Below, piece after piece: positions 1 through 8,112 of a stretch of DNA of 18,486 bases. How positions within the stretch are numbered: position 1 is the stretch's first letter; each line of letters starts with the position of its first letter. The DNA comes from Candidatus Altiarchaeales archaeon IMC4 (GTDB taxonomy: Archaea > Altiarchaeota > Altiarchaeia > IMC4). The notes beneath the pieces were generated by a model that did not search any database, was not told the DNA's origin, and saw nothing but the letters and a program-made list of their open reading frames with translations. The position numbers and the translations under genes were made by a program. The DNA lies in contig MCBF01000001.1 in the NCBI GenBank assembly GCA_001742785.1, forward strand, positions 1,014,857 to 1,033,342, in the 5' to 3' direction.

Positions 1-54
1 TTGCGTGCAAACTTTTTAATCATTTTTACCAGTTATATATATCGATTTCCATAG

Positions 55-525
55 ATAACTGGTACGGAAATTAAACAATTCCCTTATTTAAATGCTAATG
101 ATTGGGACTGGAAAGAATACAGGGAATATTTTATCTCTCACTCACTGAACGGCAAAACAATAAATATTAAGAGTAAAACAGGGTTTGGTACTTCTGAAAG
201 CGTAAGCCAATGCACCTTCAATGCCGCTGGTGAGTGTAGTGGTACGGTTGAGATTCCAAATTACTGGAAGTACGAAGACGTCAAGGAATGGCGCGGTGAT
301 AAGTGTTTCAAGGTAGAGTACGACTATGTGTTCGCGCAGGAACCAAAACATGATATATTTGGTAATCCCCTGTATGGTAGCTGGAAAAATGATATGCAAA
401 TCAAATTCGTCCTCGCGGAAAAGAAGCGCATGAAGATTGACGTTAATATCCAGACAAGCGCAGGTTCGTGCCAATACCACGACGTGTGGTACGGGGAGAA
501 AAACTTGGAGTGCGGGGTTGTTTGA
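55..525 (+). pseudogene. Open frame of 156 codons lacking a canonical start until GTG 328; probable truncated or degraded gene for a Cys-containing, possibly extracellular protein
   Basis: Frame 1 is stop-free from TAG 52-54 to TGA 523-525 (ITGTEIKQFPYLNANDWDWKEY...CTFNAAGECSG...SCQYHDVWYGEKNLECGVV). The ORF track only calls 328..525. No family recognised. Confidence 0.4.
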
Positions 526-580
526 GGTGGATTTCTGTGATAATTCGATATTTTTATGCAACGAGAGTATAATATAGATT

Positions 581-850
581 ATGGAACTACAATTAACGGC
601 GGTTCTGAGGAAGGAAGACGTTGGAGGATATTCTTCGGTATGCCCCGAACTTGAAGTCGCAAGCCAAGGCGAAACGGTAGATGAAGCGATAGAAAACTTA
701 AAGGAAGCAACAGAACTGTATCTTGAAGGCGCAAAAGAATTGGGGGTTCTCAATGAGAAGTTATCTGAGGCAGGAATTGAAATAAAAGAGGGTTGTGTAA
801 GGAAAAGTCCGGTGCTTACTACTCCGATACATGCTGTAATGCCCGCATAA
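581..850 (+). CDS. hicB: HicB-family antitoxin (short form)
   Basis: GGYSSVCPELEVASQGETVDEAIENLKEATELYLE matches the HicB RNase H-like N-domain pattern; directly upstream of a HicA gene. Confidence 0.9.
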   Translation: MELQLTAVLRKEDVGGYSSVCPELEVASQGETVDEAIENLKEATELYLEGAKELGVLNEKLSEAGIEIKEGCVRKSPVLTTPIHAVMPA

Positions 851-855
851 CAGAG

Positions 856-1083
856 ATGAAACTTCCGGTTATATCAAGTAGTAAAGTTATCAAAGTACTT
901 GAACGTAATGGTTTCACTGTCCTGCGGCAAAAAGGGAGCCATATAATACTCTATAAGAGAACAGGCAATAAAACATTTCTTGTTGTCGTTCCGCAACGGA
1001 AAGAAATAAAGAAGGGAACCTTGATGAGTATCATAAAACAATCTGGATATACAAAACAGGAATTCTTGAAGTTGTTTAAATAA
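856..1083 (+). CDS. hicA: HicA-family mRNA interferase toxin
   Basis: MKLPVISSSKVIKVLERNGF...RQKGSHIIL...VVVP...EIKKGTLMSIIKQSG, with the catalytic GSH histidine. ATG at 856, 5 nt after the hicB stop, is preferred over the track start at 793. Confidence 0.92.
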   Translation: MKLPVISSSKVIKVLERNGFTVLRQKGSHIILYKRTGNKTFLVVVPQRKEIKKGTLMSIIKQSGYTKQEFLKLFK

Positions 1084-1111
1084 TGAGGGCGGATGTCAAA
1101 CTCGCAACGGG

Positions 1112-1172
1112 AAAATTTGTATTATGCAAATTTTGCGTCCCGTGAATTTTTCAATTCACGCGGATGGCAAAA
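1112..1172. repeat. Intergenic hairpins, including a bulged-CG hairpin (1138-1164)
   Basis: AAAATTTG-N7-CAAATTTT (1112-1134); TCC-CG-TGAATT-tttc-AATTCA-CG-[C]-GGA, extendable by TTTTGC/GCAAAA (1131/1172). The reverse complement resembles 15687-15716. Confidence 0.8.
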
Positions 1173-1203
1173 GAACAGGGAGAAGAATTTAGAATGCGCA
1201 GTG

Positions 1204-1218
1204 GGTTAATCCTGATTC
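1204..1218 (+). repeat. 15-bp motif GGTTAATCCTGATTC, exact copy at 8021-8035
   Basis: Identical 15-mers seen upstream of polB and upstream of EF-2. Confidence 0.6.
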
Positions 1219-1284
1219 TGAGTACAGACGGTTCCCGCAGTCAAACGGCCTGTGAATTTATGAACGTGCAGGTAATTCTTAATA

Positions 1285-4200
1285 ATGAAAACCCTCCTTG
1301 ACATCGCCTATGCAACAATGGGCGAACGCCCTGCGATTCAGCTGTTCTACAAGGAAAAAAGCGGCAATGGCGAAAGGCGCACCGTTGAGGAGGTAACCGA
1401 TTTTGAGCCCTACTTTTATGCAACCGGGGACGAATCGCTCCCCGGAGAATTAAAGGGTTTGGGCAAGGTCGTTTCCGTCGAAAAAAAGCGCATGACATAC
1501 CTCAAGGAGGATGTCGACGTTTTCAGGATTGCCGTCTCATCGCCGTCAGATGTCCCCGAACTTCGTGAAAGGGCCAAAAAACTGCCGGGCTGCTTCGGCA
1601 TCTTTGAGGCGGACATACCGTTCGTCAGGAGGTACATGATAGACTCCCAGCTTACACCTATGGAAAACGCCGAGGATATCGGGCTGAACATTGCGGCATT
1701 CGACCTCGAGGTTTATAATGCGCTGGGGGAACCGAAGGCCGAGCGCGACCCGATAATATGCCTGTCCTATGCGGATTCCGGCGGCGCGCGGAAGGTCTTC
1801 ACCTACCGCAATCTTGAGATCAATGAAGATTACCTCGAGATACTTGAAAACGAAGCGGCAGTTATAAAGCGGTTTGTCGAACTTATAAAATCGCGCGGGA
1901 TTGACATAATCGTTTCCTACAACGCAGACAATTTCGACTTTCCCTACATCATCGAGCGGGCAAATCAGTTAAAACTCCCCCTGCCTTTGGGCATCGACGG
2001 CTCGGACGTGAGGATGGAGCGCCGGGGCATGAACATGGGCGCGAAGGTGCGCGGCCGCCCGCACGTTGACATGTACCCGGTCTGCAGGGGGGCATTCAAC
2101 CTGCCGAGATATACCCTCGAAGATGTTTACAAAGGCCTTTTCGGGAAGGAAAAGCTGGACATAGACGGCATGAGGATACACGAGTACTGGGATTCAAAAG
2201 ACCCAAAAGTGCTAAAAGAGCTTTTCGACTATTCGCTAAGCGACGTGGTTGCAACCCTTGAGATAGCAAACAGGGTGCTTCCGCTTCAGTACGAGATGTC
2301 TCGGATCGTAAGGGAGCCGATATACGAGGTCTCGAGGATGGGCTCCGGCCAGAAGGTGGAACAGCTTTTGATAGAGAACGCCTTCAGGCAGAACATGCTC
2401 GTGCCGAACAAGCCGCATGAGGGGGACGTCAAGCTGAGGGAGGCCAAAAGCTACGTCGGGGGCTACGTCGTCGAGCCGAAGCGGGGGATACACGACAACA
2501 TATCGCTTTTCGACTTCAGAAGTTTGTACCCGAGCGTAATTATTTCGCACAACATAGACCCTGCAACCATCGACTGCAAATGCTGCAAGGCAGGGCATAA
2601 GGCACCCACCGGGCACTTTTTCTGCATGGACAAAAAGGGATTCATCCCCGGCATCATCGAAGGCCTTGTCAAAAAAAGGGTCGCGATAAAAAAGAGGCTC
2701 AGGGAAACAGAAGACCAGAAGGAAAAACTGGTCCTTGGCGTCCAGCAGGAGGCGGTAAAAATCCTGACCAATTCGTTCTACGGCTATCTGGCTTTCGCGC
2801 GGGCAAGGTGGTACTCGAAGGAGTGCGCAGAGGCGACAAGCGCGTTCGGGCGGCAGTACATCCACAAGACCGTAAAGTCTGCGAATGATGCCGGCTTTGA
2901 GGTGGTCTACGGGGACAGTTTGCCTTACGATAGATATATTTTTATTAAATTTAAGAACGAGGACATCATGCTGGTAAAAATAGGCGAACTTTATGATAAA
3001 TATAAAGACATAGATGGAATTTCTACTCTCGCGATGGATAAAAATAAAAAAGTCGTTTTTAAACCGATAAAGAGAGTCATACGCCACGAATATAATGGCA
3101 AATTACTAAAAATAATCACGAGATATGGCTCGACAATTGTAACCCCGCAACATTCCGTATATTCATTCAATGATAAAACCAAAGATGTTTATCTCGTTGA
3201 TGCAAATAAGCTCGAAAAAGGAGACAAACTCATCTCATTAACAAATCAGGAAATAGTTGTGAAGTACAAGGAGGGACATATATTCGATATGGTTGATATG
3301 GACATCGGGGGATATACAAAAGAATTAATGCTTTATTCTGACAAATTAATCGTTCCTGCTCAGAAAGGAGAGTGCCCTTACTGCAAAAAAGAGGTTAATC
3401 TTGCGGCGCATGTTTTTGCTAAGCATCCTGAGAGAAGAGAAAAATTTGATAAAAAATCCCTATTTTCATGGGTGGGAGGTGAACAAGGCAAAATACGTAA
3501 GATTCCCCGGTATTGGAATTTTGATAAAGACCTTGCATGGCTTTTGGGTTTCTATTGTGCCGAAGGTTCTGTATCTGATGTTTTAACAAAGTCGGGAAGA
3601 AAATGTTTATTGTCTTTTGGAGGCCAGAATAGAGAATTAATTAAACATGTGAAATCTATATTAGATATAAAAACGGGCACTTCTACGAAGATAATCAAAA
3701 ATTATGATTCGCGCAATAAAAGGTATATGTATTATTACAGGACACAATGCCTACCTATTATTGCTTTATTTCAGTATGGATTTGGAGCAGGAAAAGGAAG
3801 TGAGTTTAAAAAAGTTCCGTGGTTTATCTTTAATGCAGAAGAATCTCTGAGAAAAGCGTTTGTTGAAGGGTATCTTGATGGAGACGGAACTAAAAAAGAT
3901 AAAAGATATGTTACTAATTTTATAGAGTTTTCAACAAAAAGTAAAGAATTGGCAATGGGTTTGGATTTTCTTCTCAAGACCTTAAGCCATGGGAAGAATT
4001 ATTTTGGGAAAGATATAAAACATGTTGCCTGGAAGTACAGAAAAGATAAACCAGAGATTCAGGCACTTCGTCTGCAATCGGCGAAGGATTCAAAAGGCAA
4101 TTTTTGTCTGGCAGAAATACATTCGATGGAAGAAATGCCAAATGAAAAATATGTTTATGATTTAGAGGTTGATGACACCCATAATTTTGTTGATGCCGAG

Positions 4201-4899
4201 GGGATGATTCTTGTTCATAACACGGACAGCATATTCATCACCATGGAAGAGACGGACTCGGAAAAAATAAAGAAAAGGTCAATCGAGTTCATGAAGGGCA
4301 TCAACAGGGAACTGCCCGAAACCATGGAACTGGAATTCGAGGGCTTTTACCCGAGGGGGATATTCATAACAAAGAAGCGCTACGCCCTCATGAACGAGGA
4401 CGGCGAGATGATAGTGAAGGGGCTCGAGACACGCCGGCGCGACTGGGCGAATGTCGCAAAGCATACGCAGCAGAAGGTTTTATATACTATACTGCACGAA
4501 AAAAACCCGCAAAAAGCGGCGCATATCGTGAAGGAGATGGTTCAAAAAATAAAAGGCGGCGGCGTGGAGATGGAGGACTTAGTGATAAACACGCGGCTCA
4601 CGCAGAGCATAAAGAGCTACAAGAACGTAGGCCCGCACGTGATGGCAGTCATGAAAGCCAAGGAAAGGGGGATTGACATAAAAGAGGGCGACGTGGTGCC
4701 TTACATAATCACAAAAAAAGGCGCAAGCATAAGCGACAGGGCGGTTCTTGCAAACCTTGCGGAAAAAGGGGATTACGACCCCGACTACTACATAAACAAC
4801 CAGGTGCTACCCGCGGTCATGAGGGTCCTCGAAGCCCTGGGATATTCCGAGCAGGAGCTAAAGGGGTTGGGGAAGCAGATGAGTCTATGGGATTTCTAA
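1285..4899 (+). CDS. polB: Family B DNA polymerase (PolB3-like) precursor containing one intein
   Basis: Uracil-pocket motifs PYFY and EADIPFVRRY; ExoI FDLE, ExoII YNADNFDFPY, ExoIII YSLSD; Pol motifs DFRSLYPS, KILTNSFYGY, YGD|TDS (split by the intein), KKRY, KGLE; C-terminal PIP box QMSLWDF. Confidence 0.98.
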   Translation: MKTLLDIAYATMGERPAIQLFYKEKSGNGERRTVEEVTDFEPYFYATGDESLPGELKGLGKVVSVEKKRMTYLKEDVDVFRIAVSSPSDVPELRERAKKLPGCFGIFEADIPFVRRYMIDSQLTPMENAEDIGLNIAAFDLEVYNALGEPKAERDPIICLSYADSGGARKVFTYRNLEINEDYLEILENEAAVIKRFVELIKSRGIDIIVSYNADNFDFPYIIERANQLKLPLPLGIDGSDVRMERRGMNMGAKVRGRPHVDMYPVCRGAFNLPRYTLEDVYKGLFGKEKLDIDGMRIHEYWDSKDPKVLKELFDYSLSDVVATLEIANRVLPLQYEMSRIVREPIYEVSRMGSGQKVEQLLIENAFRQNMLVPNKPHEGDVKLREAKSYVGGYVVEPKRGIHDNISLFDFRSLYPSVIISHNIDPATIDCKCCKAGHKAPTGHFFCMDKKGFIPGIIEGLVKKRVAIKKRLRETEDQKEKLVLGVQQEAVKILTNSFYGYLAFARARWYSKECAEATSAFGRQYIHKTVKSANDAGFEVVYGDSLPYDRYIFIKFKNEDIMLVKIGELYDKYKDIDGISTLAMDKNKKVVFKPIKRVIRHEYNGKLLKIITRYGSTIVTPQHSVYSFNDKTKDVYLVDANKLEKGDKLISLTNQEIVVKYKEGHIFDMVDMDIGGYTKELMLYSDKLIVPAQKGECPYCKKEVNLAAHVFAKHPERREKFDKKSLFSWVGGEQGKIRKIPRYWNFDKDLAWLLGFYCAEGSVSDVLTKSGRKCLLSFGGQNRELIKHVKSILDIKTGTSTKIIKNYDSRNKRYMYYYRTQCLPIIALFQYGFGAGKGSEFKKVPWFIFNAEESLRKAFVEGYLDGDGTKKDKRYVTNFIEFSTKSKELAMGLDFLLKTLSHGKNYFGKDIKHVAWKYRKDKPEIQALRLQSAKDSKGNFCLAEIHSMEEMPNEKYVYDLEVDDTHNFVDAEGMILVHNTDSIFITMEETDSEKIKKRSIEFMKGINRELPETMELEFEGFYPRGIFITKKRYALMNEDGEMIVKGLETRRRDWANVAKHTQQKVLYTILHEKNPQKAAHIVKEMVQKIKGGGVEMEDLVINTRLTQSIKSYKNVGPHVMAVMKAKERGIDIKEGDVVPYIITKKGASISDRAVLANLAEKGDYDPDYYINNQVLPAVMRVLEALGYSEQELKGLGKQMSLWDF
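2917..4221 (+). mobile_element. Intein (435 aa) with LAGLIDADG homing endonuclease at the pol-c site
   Basis: Inserted in YGD|TDS. Begins SLPYD; block B TPQH; LAGLIDADG blocks LLGFYCAEGS and FVEGYLDGDG; block F VYDLEVDDTHNF; ends HN followed by Thr. Visibly more AT-rich than the flanking extein. Confidence 0.96.
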
Positions 4900-4921
4900 G
4901 ATAGGTCTTTCGCTCGGTACA

Positions 4922-4929
4922 TTTATATA
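4922..4929 (+). promoter_or_regulatory. Archaeal TATA box, probably a leaderless transcript
   Basis: TTTATATA starting 29 nt upstream of ATG 4951. Confidence 0.55.
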
Positions 4930-4950
4930 TAGTAAGGTGTAGAAATAATT

Positions 4951-5748
4951 ATGGCTGTCGGCGTAGATACATCTGAAGTAGTTGCCGGGATTGGAGTATT
5001 TATTATGTTTCTTATAGTAGTGATTTTCTATAAGCCTCCTTCTTTGACTAAGATGGAATATTCACGGGAGGAACTCCGGGCGATATATGGTCGATGGGAA
5101 ATGTATTCACTTTTTGTTATTTTGGTTTCCTTGTTCGTATTGGGGGGTATCTGGTATTTGCTCATCCTTCACTTCGTACCTTGGTACATTGATAATCTCG
5201 GACCAAGCGTTTATGTAATTACCACCCCCTATGACTTTTGGATGGTGCCTGCTTTGTTTCTTGGGATAATATCGTCCCCCCTACCACTGATTCTCGTCTT
5301 AAGATACAACCTCCGCGAACGGTATAAAGACTTCACACGTTATAGAGATTCGGGGCGTGGACGTATCACGCAAAAAATACTTGAGGTGTCTTATGTGGTT
5401 ATATGCGGCATGATTATCCTTTTAACCATCTTTGCAATAGACGACTATACCCGATTCACGGAGGACGAAATCGTCATCGATTATTTTTGGGGTTTGGAAG
5501 AATTGAGGTATTCGTACTCCGAAGTACAGACCATAAGGTTCGATGTTAAACATTCCAAAACACCAAGTGGGGAAATTAGGAAAAAGCCCTATTTCGTGAT
5601 CGAATTCAAAGACGGAAACACATGGACGACGTGGGAATATGGATTAGGGGAGAAAGATCCAGAAGTAGAGACAAAGATAATAAAGTTTGTATCTGAGCGA
5701 AGTGGAAAAAGTGTTCAGCAAACCGAACTGAATACCGAGGACACCTAA
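4951..5748 (+). CDS. Hypothetical integral membrane protein (about 4 TM segments plus a soluble beta-rich C-terminal domain)
   Basis: Hydrophobic stretches GIGVFIMFLIVVIFY, LFVILVSLFVLGGIWYLLIL, VPALFLGIISSPLPLILVL and YVVICGMIILLTIFAI; 265-aa ORF with an upstream TATA box. Confidence 0.8.
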   Translation: MAVGVDTSEVVAGIGVFIMFLIVVIFYKPPSLTKMEYSREELRAIYGRWEMYSLFVILVSLFVLGGIWYLLILHFVPWYIDNLGPSVYVITTPYDFWMVPALFLGIISSPLPLILVLRYNLRERYKDFTRYRDSGRGRITQKILEVSYVVICGMIILLTIFAIDDYTRFTEDEIVIDYFWGLEELRYSYSEVQTIRFDVKHSKTPSGEIRKKPYFVIEFKDGNTWTTWEYGLGEKDPEVETKIIKFVSERSGKSVQQTELNTEDT

Positions 5749-5790
5749 AAATCACAAAACCGTCAAACTTCGATTAACTTGCGCTACCGG

Positions 5791-7980
5791 TTAATCCAGA
5801 TACTCCTCGGCCTTCGGCAGTTCCTTCTTCATGCCCTTGCGGTTCCTTATCTCGGTTACTGCCTTCATCTGAAGCTCTATCGGCAGCTTCTCGAAGCCGG
5901 CGCTCTCGGTGCTCCACAGGGCGTGCCCCTCGCTTGCGCTTCTTATATCTCCTGAGAAACCGAATGACTCCGAAACAGGAACCTTGCCCATGATGGTCAT
6001 GAGGTCGTCCTTCTGCTGCATGTCTAGGATTAGGCCCCTCCTTCTTTGCAGCTCTGCGGTAACCCCTCCCATGTAGTCCTGCGGGATGTCTATGTAGACC
6101 TTCTGCATCGGCTCAAGGACCGATGGGTTTGACCTCAAAAGGCATGCGTATATCGGCCGCTTTACCGCAGGGTATATCTGCGCAGGGCCCCTGTGGATTG
6201 CGTCCTCGTGAAGCGATGCGTCCGAGAGTATTACCTTTACGCCGCGCATCGGCTCCCCTGCAAGCGGGCCCGAATTCATCACGGACTCGAACGAGTCAAG
6301 CATCAGTTCCATGACCTCGTCAAGGTGCTGGACACCGCGTGTCATATCTACCATGATGTTGCCCTGGTATATGTCCATTATCCTTACCGCCTCCTCCCTG
6401 TCCATCCCAAGCTCGGAAAGCTGCGCCCTTAAATCCTTGCTCTTGTCTTTGCGCCTTCCTGACTTTATGTCCTCGTTCACTATCGCCTCGAGGACTTTGG
6501 GCTCAAGCGGCTCGACGCTTATCTTGAACTTGTTGTGCTTGTTTGGCGACTTGCCCTCGATGACGCCGAACTTGCCGTCTATCGTTTCCCTGTGGACGAC
6601 TATGGGAGGGGAGGTCTTTATTTTCACGTTGCCGAGGTTGATGCGGTTTTCGATTACCTCTAAGTGGAGCTCCCCCATCCCCGACATCAGGTACTCGCCT
6701 GATTCCTCGTCGATCTTGACAACGACCGTCGGGTCCTCCCTTGCTACCTGCTTCATTATCTCTACGACCTTCGCGAGGTCCTTTATGTTCGCAGGCTCAA
6801 CCGCCTTTGTTATGACTGGCTCCGATACGTGCTTTATCGCCTCGAACACCGGTATCTCTTCGGTTGATACGGTCTCGCCGGCAAATGCCCTTTTGAGCCC
6901 GATGATGCCCACGATGTTCCCGCAAGGCACTTCATCAACCTTGCTACGCGTTGCACCCATGTATATGCCGACCTGCTGGACCCTCTCGGTTGATTTTGTG
7001 GCCATTAAGTAGACCTCCTGGCCCTGTTTTACGGTTCCCGAGAATATCCTGCATGTGGCAACCTCGCCCTCACGCTTGTCGAAGGTTGTGATCTTGGTGA
7101 CCATCATGCCAAGCTTGCCCTTTTGGTCGCAGACCATCATGGCCTTTCCGACCTCGCTTTCGGGGTCTCCCTCCCATATCTGGGGGATGCGGATCTTCTG
7201 CGCAACAAGCGGGGACGGAAGGTGCTTCACCGCGATGTCAAGCATTATCTGGTGCGCCGGCGCCCTCTCGGCCAGTCCTTTTTGATTTCCGCTGTTGCAG
7301 TAGTCGATTATGTCCTTGAACGTGATTCCGGATTTCTTCATGAAGGGCACGTTTATCGCCCAGTTGTTGAACCCCGAACCGAAGGCGACGCTGCCTTTTT
7401 CGACGCTGACCGTCCAGTCGACACCCTCGGGCTGGCGCTGGAGGATTATCTTGTTTACTTCGGTTATGATCTTTACGAAGCGCTTTTGCAGTTCCTCCGG
7501 AGTTAGCTTCAATTCGTTTATCAGGCGGTCGACCTTGTTTATGAACAATGTCGGGCGCACCCTTTCCTTGAGGGCCTGCCCCAGAACCGTCTTTGTCTGC
7601 GGCATGACGCCTTCGACCGCACAGGTAAGGACGATAACACCGTCGACAGCACGCATGGCACGCGTTACGTCCCCGCCGAAATCAACGTGGCCCGGGGTGT
7701 CTATCATGTTAATCAGGTAGTCCTTACCGTCGTAACTGTGCACCATGGAAACGTTTGCGGCATCGATCGTGATCCCCCTTTGCTGCTCATCCTCGTGAAA
7801 GTCAAGCGCAAGCTGCTTGCCCGCGGCCTCCTTTGATATCATACCCGCGTTACAAAGCAGGTTGTCGCTGAGGGTTGTCTTTCCGTGGTCTATGTGCGCG
7901 ACGATACCCATGTTCCTTATCTGTTCGGGTTTGCACACCAGTTCCTTGATCTTCGCTAAGGTTTTTTCTGCTCGACTCAT
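5791..7980 (-). CDS. fusA: Archaeal elongation factor EF-2
   Basis: AHIDHGKT, RGITI, DTPGHVDF, NKVD, GMGELHL, SPNKHN and the diphthamide loop HEDAIHRGPAQ. Confidence 0.99.
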   Translation of the reverse strand: MSRAEKTLAKIKELVCKPEQIRNMGIVAHIDHGKTTLSDNLLCNAGMISKEAAGKQLALDFHEDEQQRGITIDAANVSMVHSYDGKDYLINMIDTPGHVDFGGDVTRAMRAVDGVIVLTCAVEGVMPQTKTVLGQALKERVRPTLFINKVDRLINELKLTPEELQKRFVKIITEVNKIILQRQPEGVDWTVSVEKGSVAFGSGFNNWAINVPFMKKSGITFKDIIDYCNSGNQKGLAERAPAHQIMLDIAVKHLPSPLVAQKIRIPQIWEGDPESEVGKAMMVCDQKGKLGMMVTKITTFDKREGEVATCRIFSGTVKQGQEVYLMATKSTERVQQVGIYMGATRSKVDEVPCGNIVGIIGLKRAFAGETVSTEEIPVFEAIKHVSEPVITKAVEPANIKDLAKVVEIMKQVAREDPTVVVKIDEESGEYLMSGMGELHLEVIENRINLGNVKIKTSPPIVVHRETIDGKFGVIEGKSPNKHNKFKISVEPLEPKVLEAIVNEDIKSGRRKDKSKDLRAQLSELGMDREEAVRIMDIYQGNIMVDMTRGVQHLDEVMELMLDSFESVMNSGPLAGEPMRGVKVILSDASLHEDAIHRGPAQIYPAVKRPIYACLLRSNPSVLEPMQKVYIDIPQDYMGGVTAELQRRRGLILDMQQKDDLMTIMGKVPVSESFGFSGDIRSASEGHALWSTESAGFEKLPIELQMKAVTEIRNRKGMKKELPKAEEYLD

Positions 7981-7992
7981 CTTCCAAACCGC

Positions 7993-8060
7993 AGGGGGGC
8001 GTTGCCCCCCTTCAGTTTTAGGTTAATCCTGATTCCCCCCAGTGGGGCCTTCGACCCCAC
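7993..8060. repeat. Two GC-rich hairpins immediately upstream of EF-2
   Basis: AGGGGGGC-gtt-GCCCCCCT (7993-8011) and GTGGGG-cc-ttc-ga-CCCCAC (8042-8060), with the 15-mer 8021-8035 between them. Confidence 0.75.
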
Positions 8061-8112
8061 ACCCGCTTCAATGATTTTTTCTGTCATTTTGTTGTGTCGT
8101 ATCGTAGTAGTT

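Noticed and set aside
142..753. 203-aa minus-strand ORF
   Set aside because: Antisense shadow of hicB and the upstream frame; no recognisable motifs.
793..855. Longer hicA start overlapping hicB
   Set aside because: ATG 856 gives the typical MKLP.. HicA N-terminus without a 58-nt overlap.
2236..3087. 283-aa minus-strand ORF and other ORFs antisense to polB
   Set aside because: Shadow frames of a well-supported gene; this one crosses the extein/intein boundary.
6160..6215. Diphthamide-less EF-2 paralogue
   Set aside because: The HRG motif (DAIHRGPAQ) is intact, so this is a canonical aEF-2.
6123..8026. Several plus-strand ORFs within EF-2
   Set aside because: Antisense shadows produced by codon bias.
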